Shown here in pieces: positions 25,685 through 39,337 of a stretch of DNA of 64,000 bases. The notes under the pieces were generated by a model. That model was given only the letters and a program-made list of their open reading frames with translations. It ran no database searches and was not told the origin of the DNA. The DNA lies in assembly GCA_951406725.2 (NCBI GenBank), contig OX597817.1, forward strand, positions 32,860,001-32,924,000, read 5' to 3'. The stretch is from Octopus vulgaris (taxonomy: Eukaryota). A program made the translations under genes and the position numbers. Position 1 is the first letter of the stretch. Each line of letters starts with the position of its first letter.

Positions 25685-26359
25685 GTTGGCACAAGGCCAG
25701 CAGTTTCCGGGTAAGGACTTAAGTTGGTTACATTGACCCCCCCCCCCCCCAAATACTCAACTGGTACTTATTTTATCAACCCCAAAAGGACGAAAGGCAC
25801 AGAGTCAACCCCAGTGGCATTTGAACTTAGAACATTAAGTCAGTAGAAATGAGGTTGAGCATTTTCCCCAGTGCTGGAGCAATTCTGCCAGCTCGCTGCC
25901 TTAATAAAAGTAATAATAATAATAATGATAATAGATTTGCTTATCAGTTGTTTGACCTTAACCAGTTGAGCATGTCCTTTGGTGGCTGATGATATGTGCA
26001 TCTCTGATCATGAGTAGAAGTAGTGGGCGAGCATCATAGCCATGTGTTGAGAGGAATTCTTTGGAGTTTGAATAATTCAACTCTGGAAACATGGGTGTTT
26101 CATTCAACGTCTTTAAACAATCCTTATTCAAAGACTATTTCAGTGGGATGGGCTACTCGACCTGAAGAAAATTCTAACTGGGTCCCACCTGCAAGGTCAT
26201 GTGCTGTTTATTTTGATATGAGATCACCATGTCGCACACATATGGTTGTGATGCATGTGCCTAGTGTACCCTTATTAGACGGGTAGTCATGATGGGTATA
26301 CTGGGCTTTGTATATTTTACCCCAATGTTACTTAGATGGCATGTTCTGCTCCCTCACTC

Positions 26360-26392
<33 letters not shown>

Positions 26393-27700
26393 CCTTGCCA
26401 CTATAGGCATAGACCTGAAATTTTGGAGGGAGTGGGAAGTTGATTTCATTGACCAACCCCAAAAGGATGAAAAGCAAAGTCAACCTTGGTGGAATTTGAA
26501 CTCAGAATGTAAAGATGGACAAAATGCTGTTATGCACATTAACCATCACAGTGGTTCAGAGAATTGTTAGAATAATGGCCAAAATATCTTACATTATTTG
26601 TTCTGGTTCATTACATTTCTGGGTTCAAATTCTGCTAAAGTCAATTTCAGCTTTTCATCCTTTTTGGGGTGGATAAGTACCAGTTGAGCACAAGGGTCAA
26701 TGTAATCAACTTCACTCTTCCTATGAAATTGCTGGCCTTGTGCCCAAAATTTGAAACCATTGTTGTTGTTGTTGAGGTGGTGAGCAGCAGAATTGTTAGC
26801 ATGTTGGACGAAATGCTTAACGGTATTTTGCCTGTTGCTGTACTAAGTTCAAATTCCGCCGAGGTCGACTTTGCCTTTCATCCTTTCGGGGTCAAAAGTA
26901 CCAGTTACGCACTGGGGTCGATGTAATCGACTTAATCCGTGTGTCTGTCTTTGTTTGTCCTCTCTGTGTTTAGCCCCTTGTGGGTAGTAAAGAAATAGGT
27001 ATTTTGCCTGTTGCTGTGCTATGAGTTCTAATTCCGCTGAGGTCAACTTTGCCTTTCATCCTTTTGGGGGTCTCTAAATTAAGTACCAGTTATATACTGG
27101 GTTGATCTAATTGACTGTTCCCCCCCCCCAAAAAAAAAAATTCAGGCTGTGTGCCTATAGTAGAAAGGATTATTATTATTAAAAGGTGGTGAGCTGGCAG
27201 AACTGTTAGCACGCTGGATGAAATCTTTATTGGTATTTCACCCATCGCTCTGTTCTGAGTTCAAAATCCACCAAGGTTGACTTTGCCTTTCATCCTTTCA
27301 GGGTTGATAACATAAGAACCAGTTGAAAACTGGGGTCGGTGTAATTGACTCATCCCCTCTCCCAAAATTACTGCACTTGAGGCAAAATTCGAAACTATTA
27401 CTATTATTGGAGAGAGAGAGAGGGGGGAGATAGACAGACAGACAGACAGAAAAAGCAACAGATTGTTAGTATTGTTAAAGGGTTGGACAAAAATGCCTTG
27501 TGTTATTAGACTGGCTCGTTATGTTGTGAGTTCAAATTCTACCAAGTCAACTCTGCCTTTCATCTTTCCGGGGTCCATAAAACAAAGTAATAGTCTAGTA
27601 CGGGGGTAGATCTAATTGACTACCCCCCCCCCCGACTAAATTTCTAGTCTTATGTCTCTGTTTGGAATTGTTGTTTTTCCGGTTATTATTATTATTATTA
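25685..27700. mobile_element. Dense cluster of about 7 family B/B' SINE copies plus one family D element
   Basis: Repeated GCCTTTCATCCTTT..GGGT/AAGTACCAG cores at about 25685-25900 (-), 26395-26540 (-), 26545-26760 (+), 26775-27175 (+, nested pair), 27183-27400 (+) and 27460-27670 (+). Confidence 0.88.
25934..26360 (+). mobile_element. Dispersed repeat family D, 5'-truncated, inside an (AAT)n tract
   Basis: Homologous to 15967-16390 in inverted orientation; (AAT)n on both sides. Confidence 0.85.
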
Positions 27701-28483
27701 TTACGGTTTCCTTGATATTGTTTTTTTGAAACTGCATGAAGCCACAACATCCCATTTCTCCAAGTTGATAAATAAAAAGAAAAAAAAGAGAGAGAAAGAA
27801 AACAAAAAAAAAATCAAGCTTCGCATCTATCTGAGAAATCAATATTATTTATTATTAGTATTTTTCTCATGCTATGAGTTATCCGCAAAAATCAGTCTCG
27901 ATATAAATATGTTGATGAATTTGTTTTTTCTTTCACGAAACAGCAATGGGAAGAGTTTATTTTTATTTTATTTTTATTTAAGGAAGCAGTTTTCATCATT
28001 TCTTTAGCCACAAACTGTTATCCTATCTACAGCCGCTACAGTAATTAGAGACTTTCCCTTGGTGCTGCTACATGCTTAGAGTGAGTCAGAATTCATTGGA
28101 GGGTAGCACAGCTATGTAGTGTCTGCTACTCTTATGTTAAACAGCTTCTCTCTCTCTTCTTCTCTCACTCGCATCTCTCTCTTTTCCTCGCTTCCTACCA
28201 CCATTTACTTTTTCTTTTCCTTTCTCTCATCATTGAGTGGAAGCTTTTCCTTCATCCATTCTACAGCTACATCTGGCACTGATCCAGTCACAGTCACTAG
28301 TCATCATTAACTGGCCAGACCTTGGTTGTATGGTCATAGTGACACCCTAGCAAAACAAAAACAAACAAAACTGACATCTTTTCTCTCTTTTTTTTTTTCA
28401 TTTCTTCCATTCAATATTTCCACTATATTTTGAAACTACAAAACATATAGACTTATATCACAGACATTTATAAATATATATAC

Positions 28484-28540
<57 letters not shown>

Positions 28541-28750
28541 TACACACACACATATATATAAATATATATATTGATCTACACTACATATATCTATATTGAT
28601 ACTCAGATGCACATATACACATATATACACACTCATAAACACTTATATATACATATTTATATGACTCTTATTCTTGTATTGGTGAGAGCATCTTGGAGTA
28701 ATTTTGGGGTTTGGATTCTACCCTGAAGCCTGCAGAGTGTTTATTTCCAG

Positions 28751-28818
28751 TTCCTGGCATTGCTGGTGTGGTCGGTCATCTGGAATTGTGTTTAGGGAAA
28801 GCTAGTCACAATGTCTTG
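28751..28818 (+). other. Candidate exon, possibly carrying a start codon (ATG TCT TG|gtaaga)
   Basis: Donor-like GTAAGA at 28819, ATG at 28811 with A at -3, and a possible acceptor TTATTTCCAG at 28741-28750. It sits in a SINE-free stretch that looks like a 5' UTR. No homology recognised. Confidence 0.25.
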
Positions 28819-28857
28819 GTAAGAATCTTATAATCTTTAAACTCAGGATTGCTTCAG

Positions 28858-28894
<37 letters not shown>

Positions 28895-29465
28895 GTAATA
28901 ATAAATAGTTAAACTATGAAAGAGAAATTTTCTTATTGTAGCTTATTTTAGATGTTTTATCTTTTATATCTGATACTTTTTGAACATTTTAAATCATTGT
29001 TTTTTTTAAAATTGATCTAATCCATCTACATTATTTATCTCTTCTAATTATTATTAATACTGGGTGATCAGGAAGGGTGGTGGTGGTGGTGGGGGGGCAC
29101 AAGAAAAACAAATGAATAAACTACCTGTTTTTTTTCTTTATTTTTCTGATTATCTATTGGTTGTGTTTGTGGTGATGATGATGATGACAAAAATAAAGTA
29201 GCATTAGTGACAAAAAAAAAAAAAAAACACAACAGCAACAACAACAACAAGAACCCACCCCCCCCAGCTTCCTTTTGTTTCTAAGAAACCATTTCAGAAA
29301 TATAGATATTTTTGAAAAAGTGATGAGATAACAGAATCAATTTCTGTGTTAACGGAATTCCATATTTACAATCACTATTCAATAAATTTCAGTGTTTAAA
29401 GCAAATTTTGAAATTGATTGTTTTCAACAAGTCTCCGGTGTATTCTGAAAGCAGAAAGACCTGCT

Positions 29466-29564
29466 GCTACCACCACCACCATCACCATCGCCACCACTGC
29501 TGTTGTTGTTACTACTACTACTACTACTACTACTACTACAACTACTACTACTACTACTACTACA

Positions 29565-29638
<74 letters not shown>
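29466..29638. repeat. Compound trinucleotide microsatellite (CAC)n/(CTA)n/(TAA)n
   Basis: Read directly from the sequence. Confidence 0.97.
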
Positions 29639-29641
<3 letters not shown>

Positions 29642-29939
29642 TCAAGCTTCTGTGATAGGGAAAAAAGAAATTCTGGTTCCCACCGCTTGCTTACAATCAA
29701 AGCTGTTTTTTTTGATTTTGTGGTGTCAATCGGTGAAATGATAATAAATTTGGTAGCTATGGTGGTTGAGTTTGGGTTGAGAAGATATTTTGTGCTGTGC
29801 ATTTATATTTCTTTTTCCCTTCCTTTTCTGTTATTCCATCTTCGATAAATAGTTTTGAGATTTAATTACAGGTTATTATAAAGGCACATCTAAGATTTCG
29901 GATACCATATAGCTCATCATCTTGTTACTATATTGAGAT

Positions 29940-30572
<633 letters not shown>

Positions 30573-30576
30573 TGTT

Positions 30577-30614
<38 letters not shown>

Positions 30615-31314
30615 GTATGTATATAAGTGTGTGTGTGTATGTATATAGGTTTGTGTATGTGTGTGTATATATGTTTGCATGTGTATGTATATATATATGT
30701 TTGCATGTTTGTATATATGTGTATGTATATGTGTGTTTGTATATATATATGTTTGTATATATATATATATATTCACCTGTGCAACTTATTCATTCTGTAT
30801 GTATTAATATCAGCTTTCTGTGGTTCTAATAAACATCTTGTGTTGAATTTGTTTCAATTTTAAATTGCAGGAAATTTTAAACGGGTTTTTTTTTTTTTAA
30901 ATTTCAATATGTGATGGACTTTCATTAATAACTTAAGATGGGAAGATATCTTAAGATGAAAATGAAAAATTAAAAAAACAAGAAAAATCAAAACAAAATA
31001 CACAAACAATAAACAGAATGAAGCACACCACATGCTGTATTGCTGTCACTTCTCTCTAAATTTTTTAAAATTATATTTTATTTCAAGTAGATTCTGATAC
31101 ATCATAGTTGGTAGCCATTATAACATATTCAGTAATTTTTTTTTTTATTCTTCACGCTTCACTGAATATATATCGATTCATTAAATTATTTTTTAAACTC
31201 AGATATTTTCTTTTGATCTGATTCAATTTCTGTTTTGAAAGTACTTCAAGTCATTCTAGCTCTAGTTAATATATATATATCATCACAATCATTTAGCGTC
31301 CGTTTTCCATGCTA

Positions 31315-31352
<38 letters not shown>

Positions 31353-31357
<5 letters not shown>

Positions 31358-31513
31358 CCACCGACACAGGTGCCAGACGAGGCTGGCAGACGGCCACGCT
31401 CGGATGGTGTTTTTATGTGCCACCGACACAGGTGCCAGATGAGGCTGGCAGACGCCCACGCTCGGATGGTGTTTTTATGTGCCACCGACACAGGTGCCAG
31501 ATGAGGCTGGCGG
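31353..31513 (-). repeat. About 62-bp GC-rich tandem repeat (about 2.6 copies), internal part of the family C retroposon
   Basis: Unit ATGTGCCACCGACACAGGTGCCAGA(C/T)GAGGCTGGCAGACGGCCACGCTCGGATGGTGTTTTT; its reverse complement matches 34222-34310. A family C tail remnant lies at 31281-31317. Confidence 0.9.
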
Positions 31514-31639
31514 ACACAGTTGACAATAAACACAGCTGCTGTTTTGGTGCGTTTTTCTTTTTTTTTTTTTGTGTGTGAAATATAGCAAATATTTATATAT
31601 TTCCATACACAAAGACATATGAGTGTGTATGTATGTATG

Positions 31640-31785
31640 TCTGTCTATCTATCTATCTATCTATCTGTCCATCCTTCTATTTATCTATCTATCCCTATCT
31701 ATCCTTCTATCTATCTATCTATCTATATCATCTATCTATCTATGTATCTATCTATCTATGTATCTATCTATATCATCTATCTATG

Positions 31786-31840
<55 letters not shown>

Positions 31841-31930
31841 CCTTCTATCTATCTATCCATCCTTCTATCTATCTATCTATCTATCTATTTATTTATTATC
31901 TATCTATCCATCTATCTATCTATCTATCTA
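31640..31930. repeat. (TCTA)n tetranucleotide microsatellite
   Basis: Read directly from the sequence. Confidence 0.97.
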
Positions 31931-32906
31931 AAAATTTATATATAATGTGTGTGTGTGTGTGTGTGTGTAAATAACTCTGTTGGTATAATATAATTTCCCT
32001 TTAGAGAATCTTTGTTTTTTGATACTTTTGCTTGTTTTGTTGATGTTTTCATTGTTTGAACCGATTTCCCTTCCTTCATTTTATTCAATAATTATGTCAG
32101 TTTGGTTTGATGAAGATTGATTTATTTTGTTGTATCCAGCTTGCTGACAACAGGTGATCTGGTGTCTCTCTCTCTCTGCGTCTGTCTCTGTATTTGTGTT
32201 AGATGATTGACTGATTGTTCCTTTAATTTTCAGATTAACCAATGAAGTGCTGTCTGTTTTTGATAACGATACTGTTACTGACATCTTCTGTTTCTACAAT
32301 ATTGTAATATAAGAACTGAACCCAGTAGTGCCAGTTAGAGAAACACCTGTTGACTAATTATGTAGCATACCTTATTGTTTATAAAGGTGATTTGTATGTG
32401 TGTCTCTCTCTATGGTGTTCATTTATTGCTTGGCAGACTGAGCCAGTGGTTGTTAAGTGGCTTTACCCTGCTTACAGTGCACACACTGATAAGAAAAATG
32501 AACCACTTATTCCTCTTGTAGGCCAATATCAGCGAGAATGATACATTATGTATGCATGAAAAAAATGTAGATAAATCAGAAATGAAGCATATCTCAAAGT
32601 ACATGCAATAACAATCTTTGGATTGCGTTACCATGTAGACAGTGCTCTTAGAAAATAGTGTAGATAGTCTCTTCTGCATTTTAAGGTTGCCAAGTATTTT
32701 GTTGAAGACATTTGTCGATAATTTGTGCTTTTTTTTTTTTTTTTTTACAATCCACTTGTGTTCCATCACTTTTGGTTCTGAGTTTTAATCCTGCAAATGT
32801 CATCTTTGTTTTATCCACCCCCAGGTAGATGAAGGCAAAGTCCCAGGTCGATTAATCAACTAACTCCGCCCAACAAATCTCTGATTGAATGTCTCTATGT
32901 TAAAAA

Positions 32907-32943
<37 letters not shown>

Positions 32944-33641
32944 GTTATTGTTATTATTGTTGTTGTAGTTGTTGTTGTCATGGCATTTGTGTCACCAAAG
33001 ACATTCTTTGGATTTGCCTTTGGCATGTTGCCTAGGAAATAACAACTGCGTCTCTTCAGTCTGGCATTTTATCTGCAGTCAAGCCAAGAAAGGTGAAAAT
33101 TGCTTTTTAGTTCTGAAATATAGAGAAAATTGTTTCAAGTAAGAGATATATGCATTTAAGTGAACATATGGACATGCAATACTTGAAGAATTATTGTAGA
33201 ATGTCTCATTAGTAAACTAACTTAGATATAAATAACTCTATTCTTTTACAATTTCTGTATTTTAGTCTTTTGATTTTGGTCAATCAATTTGTTTCTTACT
33301 TCCTTTTAATGAGATGATAATAAATGCTGTTATATATAATGTACATCTTGCTATTAATTAAGATAAGATGAACCAACACCATGACATATACATTTTTTTG
33401 TTTCCTAAATGAGAAGAAGAGTGCTCAATACTTGCTGTAGAGTATAATTATTTATTGATATGTAACTAATATGTCATCTTTTGACTTGTTACATTCATTC
33501 AGATAAGATACTTCTTCTAAAATAGTCCTAGCAAGTAGGGAGTTTCTGAGCTGCAAGAAATCAGAATAACAGCTTTGTTCGTACACAAAGCTGATGTACA
33601 TTAATTATTTCAGGAAGGTTGTACAATCTTGAGAACAATTA

Positions 33642-33860
33642 CTGTATTTGATGGCATAAAAGATGGACAGGCATATTAGATGCACCTCAATTTCAGCAGC
33701 ACTTATTCAGAAGATAAAGTGTTTTTTTATATACATTTATATACATTAAAGCACGTAATATTTAAAGCAACTTCATGTATAGGACTCGAGGTAATTTTTT
33801 TTTTTTTTGGAGACCATTTAAAAAAAAAAAGTATTGTATTTTATATGTCACTAAATACAG
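33642..33860. mobile_element. Tc1/mariner-superfamily (pogo/Tc2-like) MITE with TA TSD
   Basis: TA|CTGTATTTGATGGCATA ... TATGTCACTAAATACAG|TA; a second copy lies at 38768-38962. Confidence 0.8.
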
Positions 33861-34220
33861 TAGATTTTCATAAAATTATTGAACTATTAAATTTGAAAGT
33901 GCTGGTGACACATCGATTTTACAATCCGCTCTGTATAGTGGTTGACATTAGGAAGGGCTTCCTGCTGTGAAAACAGACCTTATTGGTTGAGACTTATAAG
34001 AGAAGTTTGAAGAATAAATTGGAGAAAAGCATTGGCAACTTTATCAAAGATAGAAATGTCATCATTTGAGGAACACAGTTTGATGACATCAATTTTTAAA
34101 TAAATTTAATTTTAGTTTCTACTAGTTCCCTTAATTTAATATTCAAATTACTTTTAATGAATGTTACATTAGATGATGATTATGATAATGATGGTCATGA
34201 CAGTGGTGGCAATGGTGGTT

Positions 34221-34470
34221 CCGTGCTGGTGGCACGTAAAATGCACCAATCCGATCGTGGCTGTTGCCAGCCTCGACTGGCACCCGTGCCGGTGGCACGT
34301 AAAAAGCACCCACTACACTCACGGAGTGGTTAGCATTAGGAAGGGCATCCAGCTGTAGAAACACTGCCAGATCAGACTGGAGCCTGGTGCAGCCTTCTGG
34401 CTTCCCAGATCCCCGGTCGAACCGTCCAACCCATGCTAGCATGGGGAACGGACGTTAAATGATGATGATG
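34221..34470 (+). mobile_element. Family C retroposon with internal repeat units and RTE-type tail
   Basis: CGTGC(C/T)GGTGGCACGTAAAA.GCACC twice, then TTAGGAAGGGCATCCAGCTGTAG...GGACGTTAAATGATGATGATG. Confidence 0.9.
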
Positions 34471-34551
34471 AAAGAATGAAAGGCAAAGTTGACTCTGGAT
34501 GGATTTGAAAGAAATGTCATAAGTATTTTGTCTGATGTTCTAATGATTGTG

Positions 34552-34882
34552 TATTCCTATGGTAGCAAAGTCAATTTGAAAGAATTTGAAGAAAATTGAG
34601 GAACAGGATCTAACCAGAGAGCCAAAGAGACTGTAGAAGGCGAAAAATAACAATTATTCCTGTAGTAATTAGTACACTTGGCACAACACCCAAAATGCTA
34701 CTTAAAAGGCTGGAAGAAATTGGAACATGATGTTGCATTGTCAAACCTGTAGAAAAGTACCATCCTATATTCTGCAAGAATCGTAAGGAAAATTCTTGAG
34801 ATTTCAGGAGACTTGTTGTCACCAAATCTCAAGATGAAATACTTGCGAACGAGATTAGCATTCACTAGCAAAATAATAATAA
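34552..34882 (+). mobile_element. R4/Dong-like LINE 3' end with (AAT)n tail
   Basis: Frameshifted translation QDLTREPKRL*K..KITIIPVVISTLGTTPKMLLKRLEEIG...KSTILYSARIVRKILEI resembles KYQDLARE.KRLW...IIPVVIGALGT.PK...LQK...L.SARILRKVL. Confidence 0.8.
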
Positions 34883-35144
34883 TTGGTGTGGCTCCAGGTC
34901 TTACCAGTTCCAGTTAAGTTGTCTAATCCATGCCAGCATAGAACACAGATGTTAAATGATGATAATGATGAATAAATATATATAAATGAGACCCCTTTAA
35001 TTGAAGCAAAAAAGGGAATCTAAATTTAAGCAAAAAAGAGAATCTAAATGTAAAAGTATTTACTTCAGCAGTTTGAATGAAGACATCCAAATATGTGGAA
35101 CCAATCATGCTGAGTTACCATAAAGAGAATATTTTTTTGTGTCT

Positions 35145-35530
35145 TATTTGTTTCAGTTATTTGACTGTGGCCATGCTGGAGCACTGGTTTTTAGTTGAAC
35201 AAATCGACCCCAGGACTTATTCTTTGTAAACCTAGTACTTATTCTATCAGTCTCTTTTGCCAAACCTCTAAGTTATGGGGATGCAAAAACACCAACATCA
35301 GTTGTCAAGTGATGGTGGGGGGACAAACACAGACACTGCACACATACACACACACACACATGCATATGATGGGCTTCTTTCAGTTTCTGTCTATCAAATC
35401 CATTCACAAGGCTTTGCTTGGACCGAGGCTATAGTAGAAGACACTTGCCCAAGGTGCCACACAATGGAACTGAACCTGGAACCATGTAGTTGGGAAGCAA
35501 GCTTCTTACTATAGAGTCAAGCCTGCACCT
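35145..35530 (-). mobile_element. SINE family A
   Basis: Reverse complement of the family consensus. Confidence 0.9.
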
Positions 35531-36439
35531 ATTATGCAAAGTATGATATATCCTAAACATTGGTTTATGATTTTGGCACAAGGCCAGCAAGTTTGAGGGA
35601 GGGGATAAGTGATTACATTGACCCCCCCCCCCCCCAATGCTCAACTGGTACTTATTTTATTGACCCTGGAAGGATGTAAGGTGAAGCCAACCTCAGCAAG
35701 ATTTGAGCACAGAACATAAACTGGATGGAATGCCACTAAGCATTTTGCATAACAAGCTAACAATTCTGCTAGTTCACCATCATGTAAAATATCTTAAATA
35801 TTGACTAAGTGTTGATAATGATTAAGCTGGAAAGTTGTTAATTGTAGTTTGAAATTATAGGTCTTTGTAAAATATTCATGAAACTTCTCTCTGCTTAGAA
35901 ATAAATTAGTTTTAGGGCTTCAAGTGTAAATGAAATATTAAGCTCCTAAATTTAAATAGCATTGAAGATCTGTTCACAGAAGTTGGGGTTAAATAATTAA
36001 CAAATGAGCCTGCTCATTTAAAATGCAGCTTTTGCTCTTATTTTTTTTTTCAGTAAATAATCTGGACTTTTTTTTGTTTAAAATCTCAAAGAAGATTTTA
36101 TATGAGGTATTTGGAAAGTAGGAGGGCTGTTGGATACGCTTATGCTTATTATCATACAGATGATGTATTTATGCTAAGGATAACATCAAATACTTCAAAT
36201 GAAATTAATTCTATCCTAAATTCTTATTTTTAACAGAGCACTAAAGTTTATAGATGCTATCAAATAAAGTGAAAAGAAGTCTTTTTTGTTGTTTTAAACA
36301 TAAATTACTATGATTAGAAAAAACATTGAGAGCCAATGATGTTAGACTGGATTAAGTGTTCTGTAAATGAATAAAGTGAAGATATGATTGTAGTAGCTAT
36401 AAAAGGAGTTTTATATATACTGTTCTCTTTTTTCTTTAT

Positions 36440-36945
36440 CTTATTTGTTTTAGTCATTAGACTGTGGCCATACTGGGACATCACCTTGAAGAATTTTTGG
36501 TTGAGTGAATTGAACCCAGTACTTTTTTAAGCCTGGCATTTATTCTATTGGTCTCTTTCGCTGAACCACTAATTTATAGGGATGTAAACACACCAATACT
36601 GGTTGTCTAGTGATGTTGGAGAATAAAGACACACACACAATGGGCTTCTTTCAGTTTTCACCTAACTGGCATTAGGAAGGGCATCCAGCTGTAGAAGCTC
36701 TGCCAGATCAAGATTGGAGCCTGGTGCAGCCATCTGGTTCGCCAGCCCTCAGTCAAAAATCGTCCAACCCATGCCAGCATGGAAAGCGGACGTTAAACGA
36801 TGATGATGATGATGATTATGAAATCCACTCATAAGGCTTTGGTCGACCCAAGACTATAGTAGAAGACACTCACCCAGGGTGTCATGCAGTAGGACTGAAC
36901 ACAGAACCATGTGGTTGGGAAGCACACAGTCACGCCTGTACCTAT
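36440..36945 (-). mobile_element. SINE family A interrupted by a family C insertion (36667-36815, +)
   Basis: The SINE breaks at TCAGTTTTCACCTAAC and resumes at AAATCCACTCATAAGG after the (GAT)n tail. Confidence 0.88.
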
Positions 36946-37478
36946 ATGTACATAATACAAACATCTCACCTAATGTAAACTGCAAAAAAGTTTTTGTTTT
37001 GCATTAGGACATAATTCATTGTGCAGGCTTCTGATCAATAGTGTTCCAGTCATAGCAATCTTGTCTTTTTTATAGATAATAGTTTATCTAGAACTATGCT
37101 ATTTCTAGCTGGTAGTGCTACAGCAGAGTCACTCCTTTATTGGCTTAATAATTATGTAGGTTGTTTAGATAGGTGGGTATCTATTTGGTGGATGTGACCC
37201 ATTAAAACCAAGAATTCGCTTGGTATAAAAGTATTTTGCTAAGGTTACATACGGTACCGCAAATTCTGTAGTTTGGAGTTGCATCTGACACAACGCATAT
37301 CTTTTATCAAAGATTGGAGTAACAAGAGAAAAAGTTGTACAAAGTAAGGTACTAAAAGTGAAGAGAAATAGAACTAACATAAACCAAATAACTGATAAGA
37401 TTAAGTATACAAATTATCCATTCTTATCAAATAATATTTGTATATCTTTTGTGCAATCAGTGTAATTTATTTTTATCT

Positions 37479-37512
<34 letters not shown>

Positions 37513-37848
37513 ACACATACACACATCTCAAGAATGCTTTTTTTTGGTTGTCATACATGCATGGGTTTGATATGCATGAAAGACAGTATTTTGCTTCTTG
37601 ATTCTGTTTGCTGCAATTAAGGATGTTATGACAGTGGCTGGGACCTTTTTTTTTTTAGCCAACCACATGTATAATAAAAGTTTTGCTGTAAAGCGGTATT
37701 GAATTTCTGATTCTATGTTTAATTTTACCTTTTCTGTTTGGATACCATTTCAATATTGGTATACTTTGGTCATTTTCAAGTCACCTCTCTACTTTATCAT
37801 CTACTTGATAACTATAACTATATATATATTACACACACATAACTATAA

Positions 37849-37908
<60 letters not shown>

Positions 37909-38767
37909 CTGCATATGTGGGTATATACACATATATATAACTATATATGTATATGAATGTATGTGCATATGTGTGTGTGTATATATTGTTATCAACATAT
38001 TGACAGCAGTATACACATACATTTAGGAAGGATATGCTAATAATTTTTTCTTTGGTGTAATCTTATGTTTGAAGCAATAAAACTTTGAAGCTGGGTTTTT
38101 AGAGAAATTAAAAAGAAATGTTATCAAAATTCTTCACTGGCTTCATTTATGTTGCATAATTGATATTACTTTCAGAATTTAATTGAATGGAAGCCAAAAT
38201 ACCAGCTGTCCTTTATAGTGAAATAAAAATGACGATGGTGTCAGTGATTGTAATAGTAGCAGAAGTGTTAAGTTTGCTAATGTAATACTTTTTAGCTTCA
38301 TTCTTTTTGTTTTCCTCCTCCTCACCACCACCACCACCACCAAACTATGTGGTTTTTCTTCCCCACTATGTGAGGAACAGTTGATATTTTGTGGGTAAAA
38401 TTTAAAATACTTTTTATCTGTATTAAATCTGTGAAAAACATAGTTCTGACCCTATCTTATTTCACATATTTTGCCCCTTAGATGGCTTCTCTCACTACAT
38501 GATGTCAAATGTTATACAAATGTGCTTGCTTTGTGATTGCATGTTATCAAAGTTACTAGTCATTGCTTATATTAGGTATTCTATAAAAAAATGTTGGGAC
38601 GATATTGTTGCAGAACCGACATGTTGCAGGTGGAGACTGAAAATCTGATATAATTCCAAGCTTACTGAATATGAAATATGAAATATTTATTTCTTAATTT
38701 TGAATTGAGTTTTCTCATCAGTGAGCTGTGTCCTTGTTATGTAACTGTATCAAATGTCTATTAGTTA

Positions 38768-38962
38768 CTGTAATTGATGGCATGAAAGATTCATGGGCGT
38801 TTTAGACACACCCCAATTCCAGCAGTGTATAATCCAAAAAAATGTTTTACTGCATTAAAACATGTAATATGGGCCCAACTTCACATATAGAACTCAGGGT
38901 GATTTTTTGGAGATATCTATTATTTTTTTGAAAAAAACTTGCATCTTATTTGCCATCAAATA
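38768..38962. mobile_element. Second copy of the pogo/Tc2-like MITE
   Basis: TA|CTGTAATTGATGGCATGAAAGA ... TCTTATTTGCCATCAAATA; the interior resembles 33642-33860. Confidence 0.72.
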
Positions 38963-39337
38963 GATTCACACTATTAGGTTTACTTTCACATATTGCTAAT
39001 TGGTAATAAAGTTTCTCAATATCTCTATAAGCAGCTGTGATTCATGTTATGATTTCTGTCAGTTCCAGACATGTTCCTTAGAATTGTTAAAATTTATCTT
39101 TAATGGTAATCTCCAAATTTAGTCTAAGGGATCTTACTCATCACTGAATTATTATTGAAACATCTTTGGCATTTGTGCTGATAGTGGTGACTGATGTTAG
39201 AAGCCCACTATCCAATTTCTTCTGAGCCATTCATGTATTAACTTTTGTCTATCTAAAATTATAATGGCACATAACTCTGTGGTTAGGTTCATACTTATAA
39301 GATTGTGGCTTTGATTCCTGGTCAGGGTAAGATATTA

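Noticed and set aside
37150-37400. Compositionally distinct segment with a 71-aa minus-strand ORF
   Set aside because: No recognisable protein motif, termini or second copy in the window.
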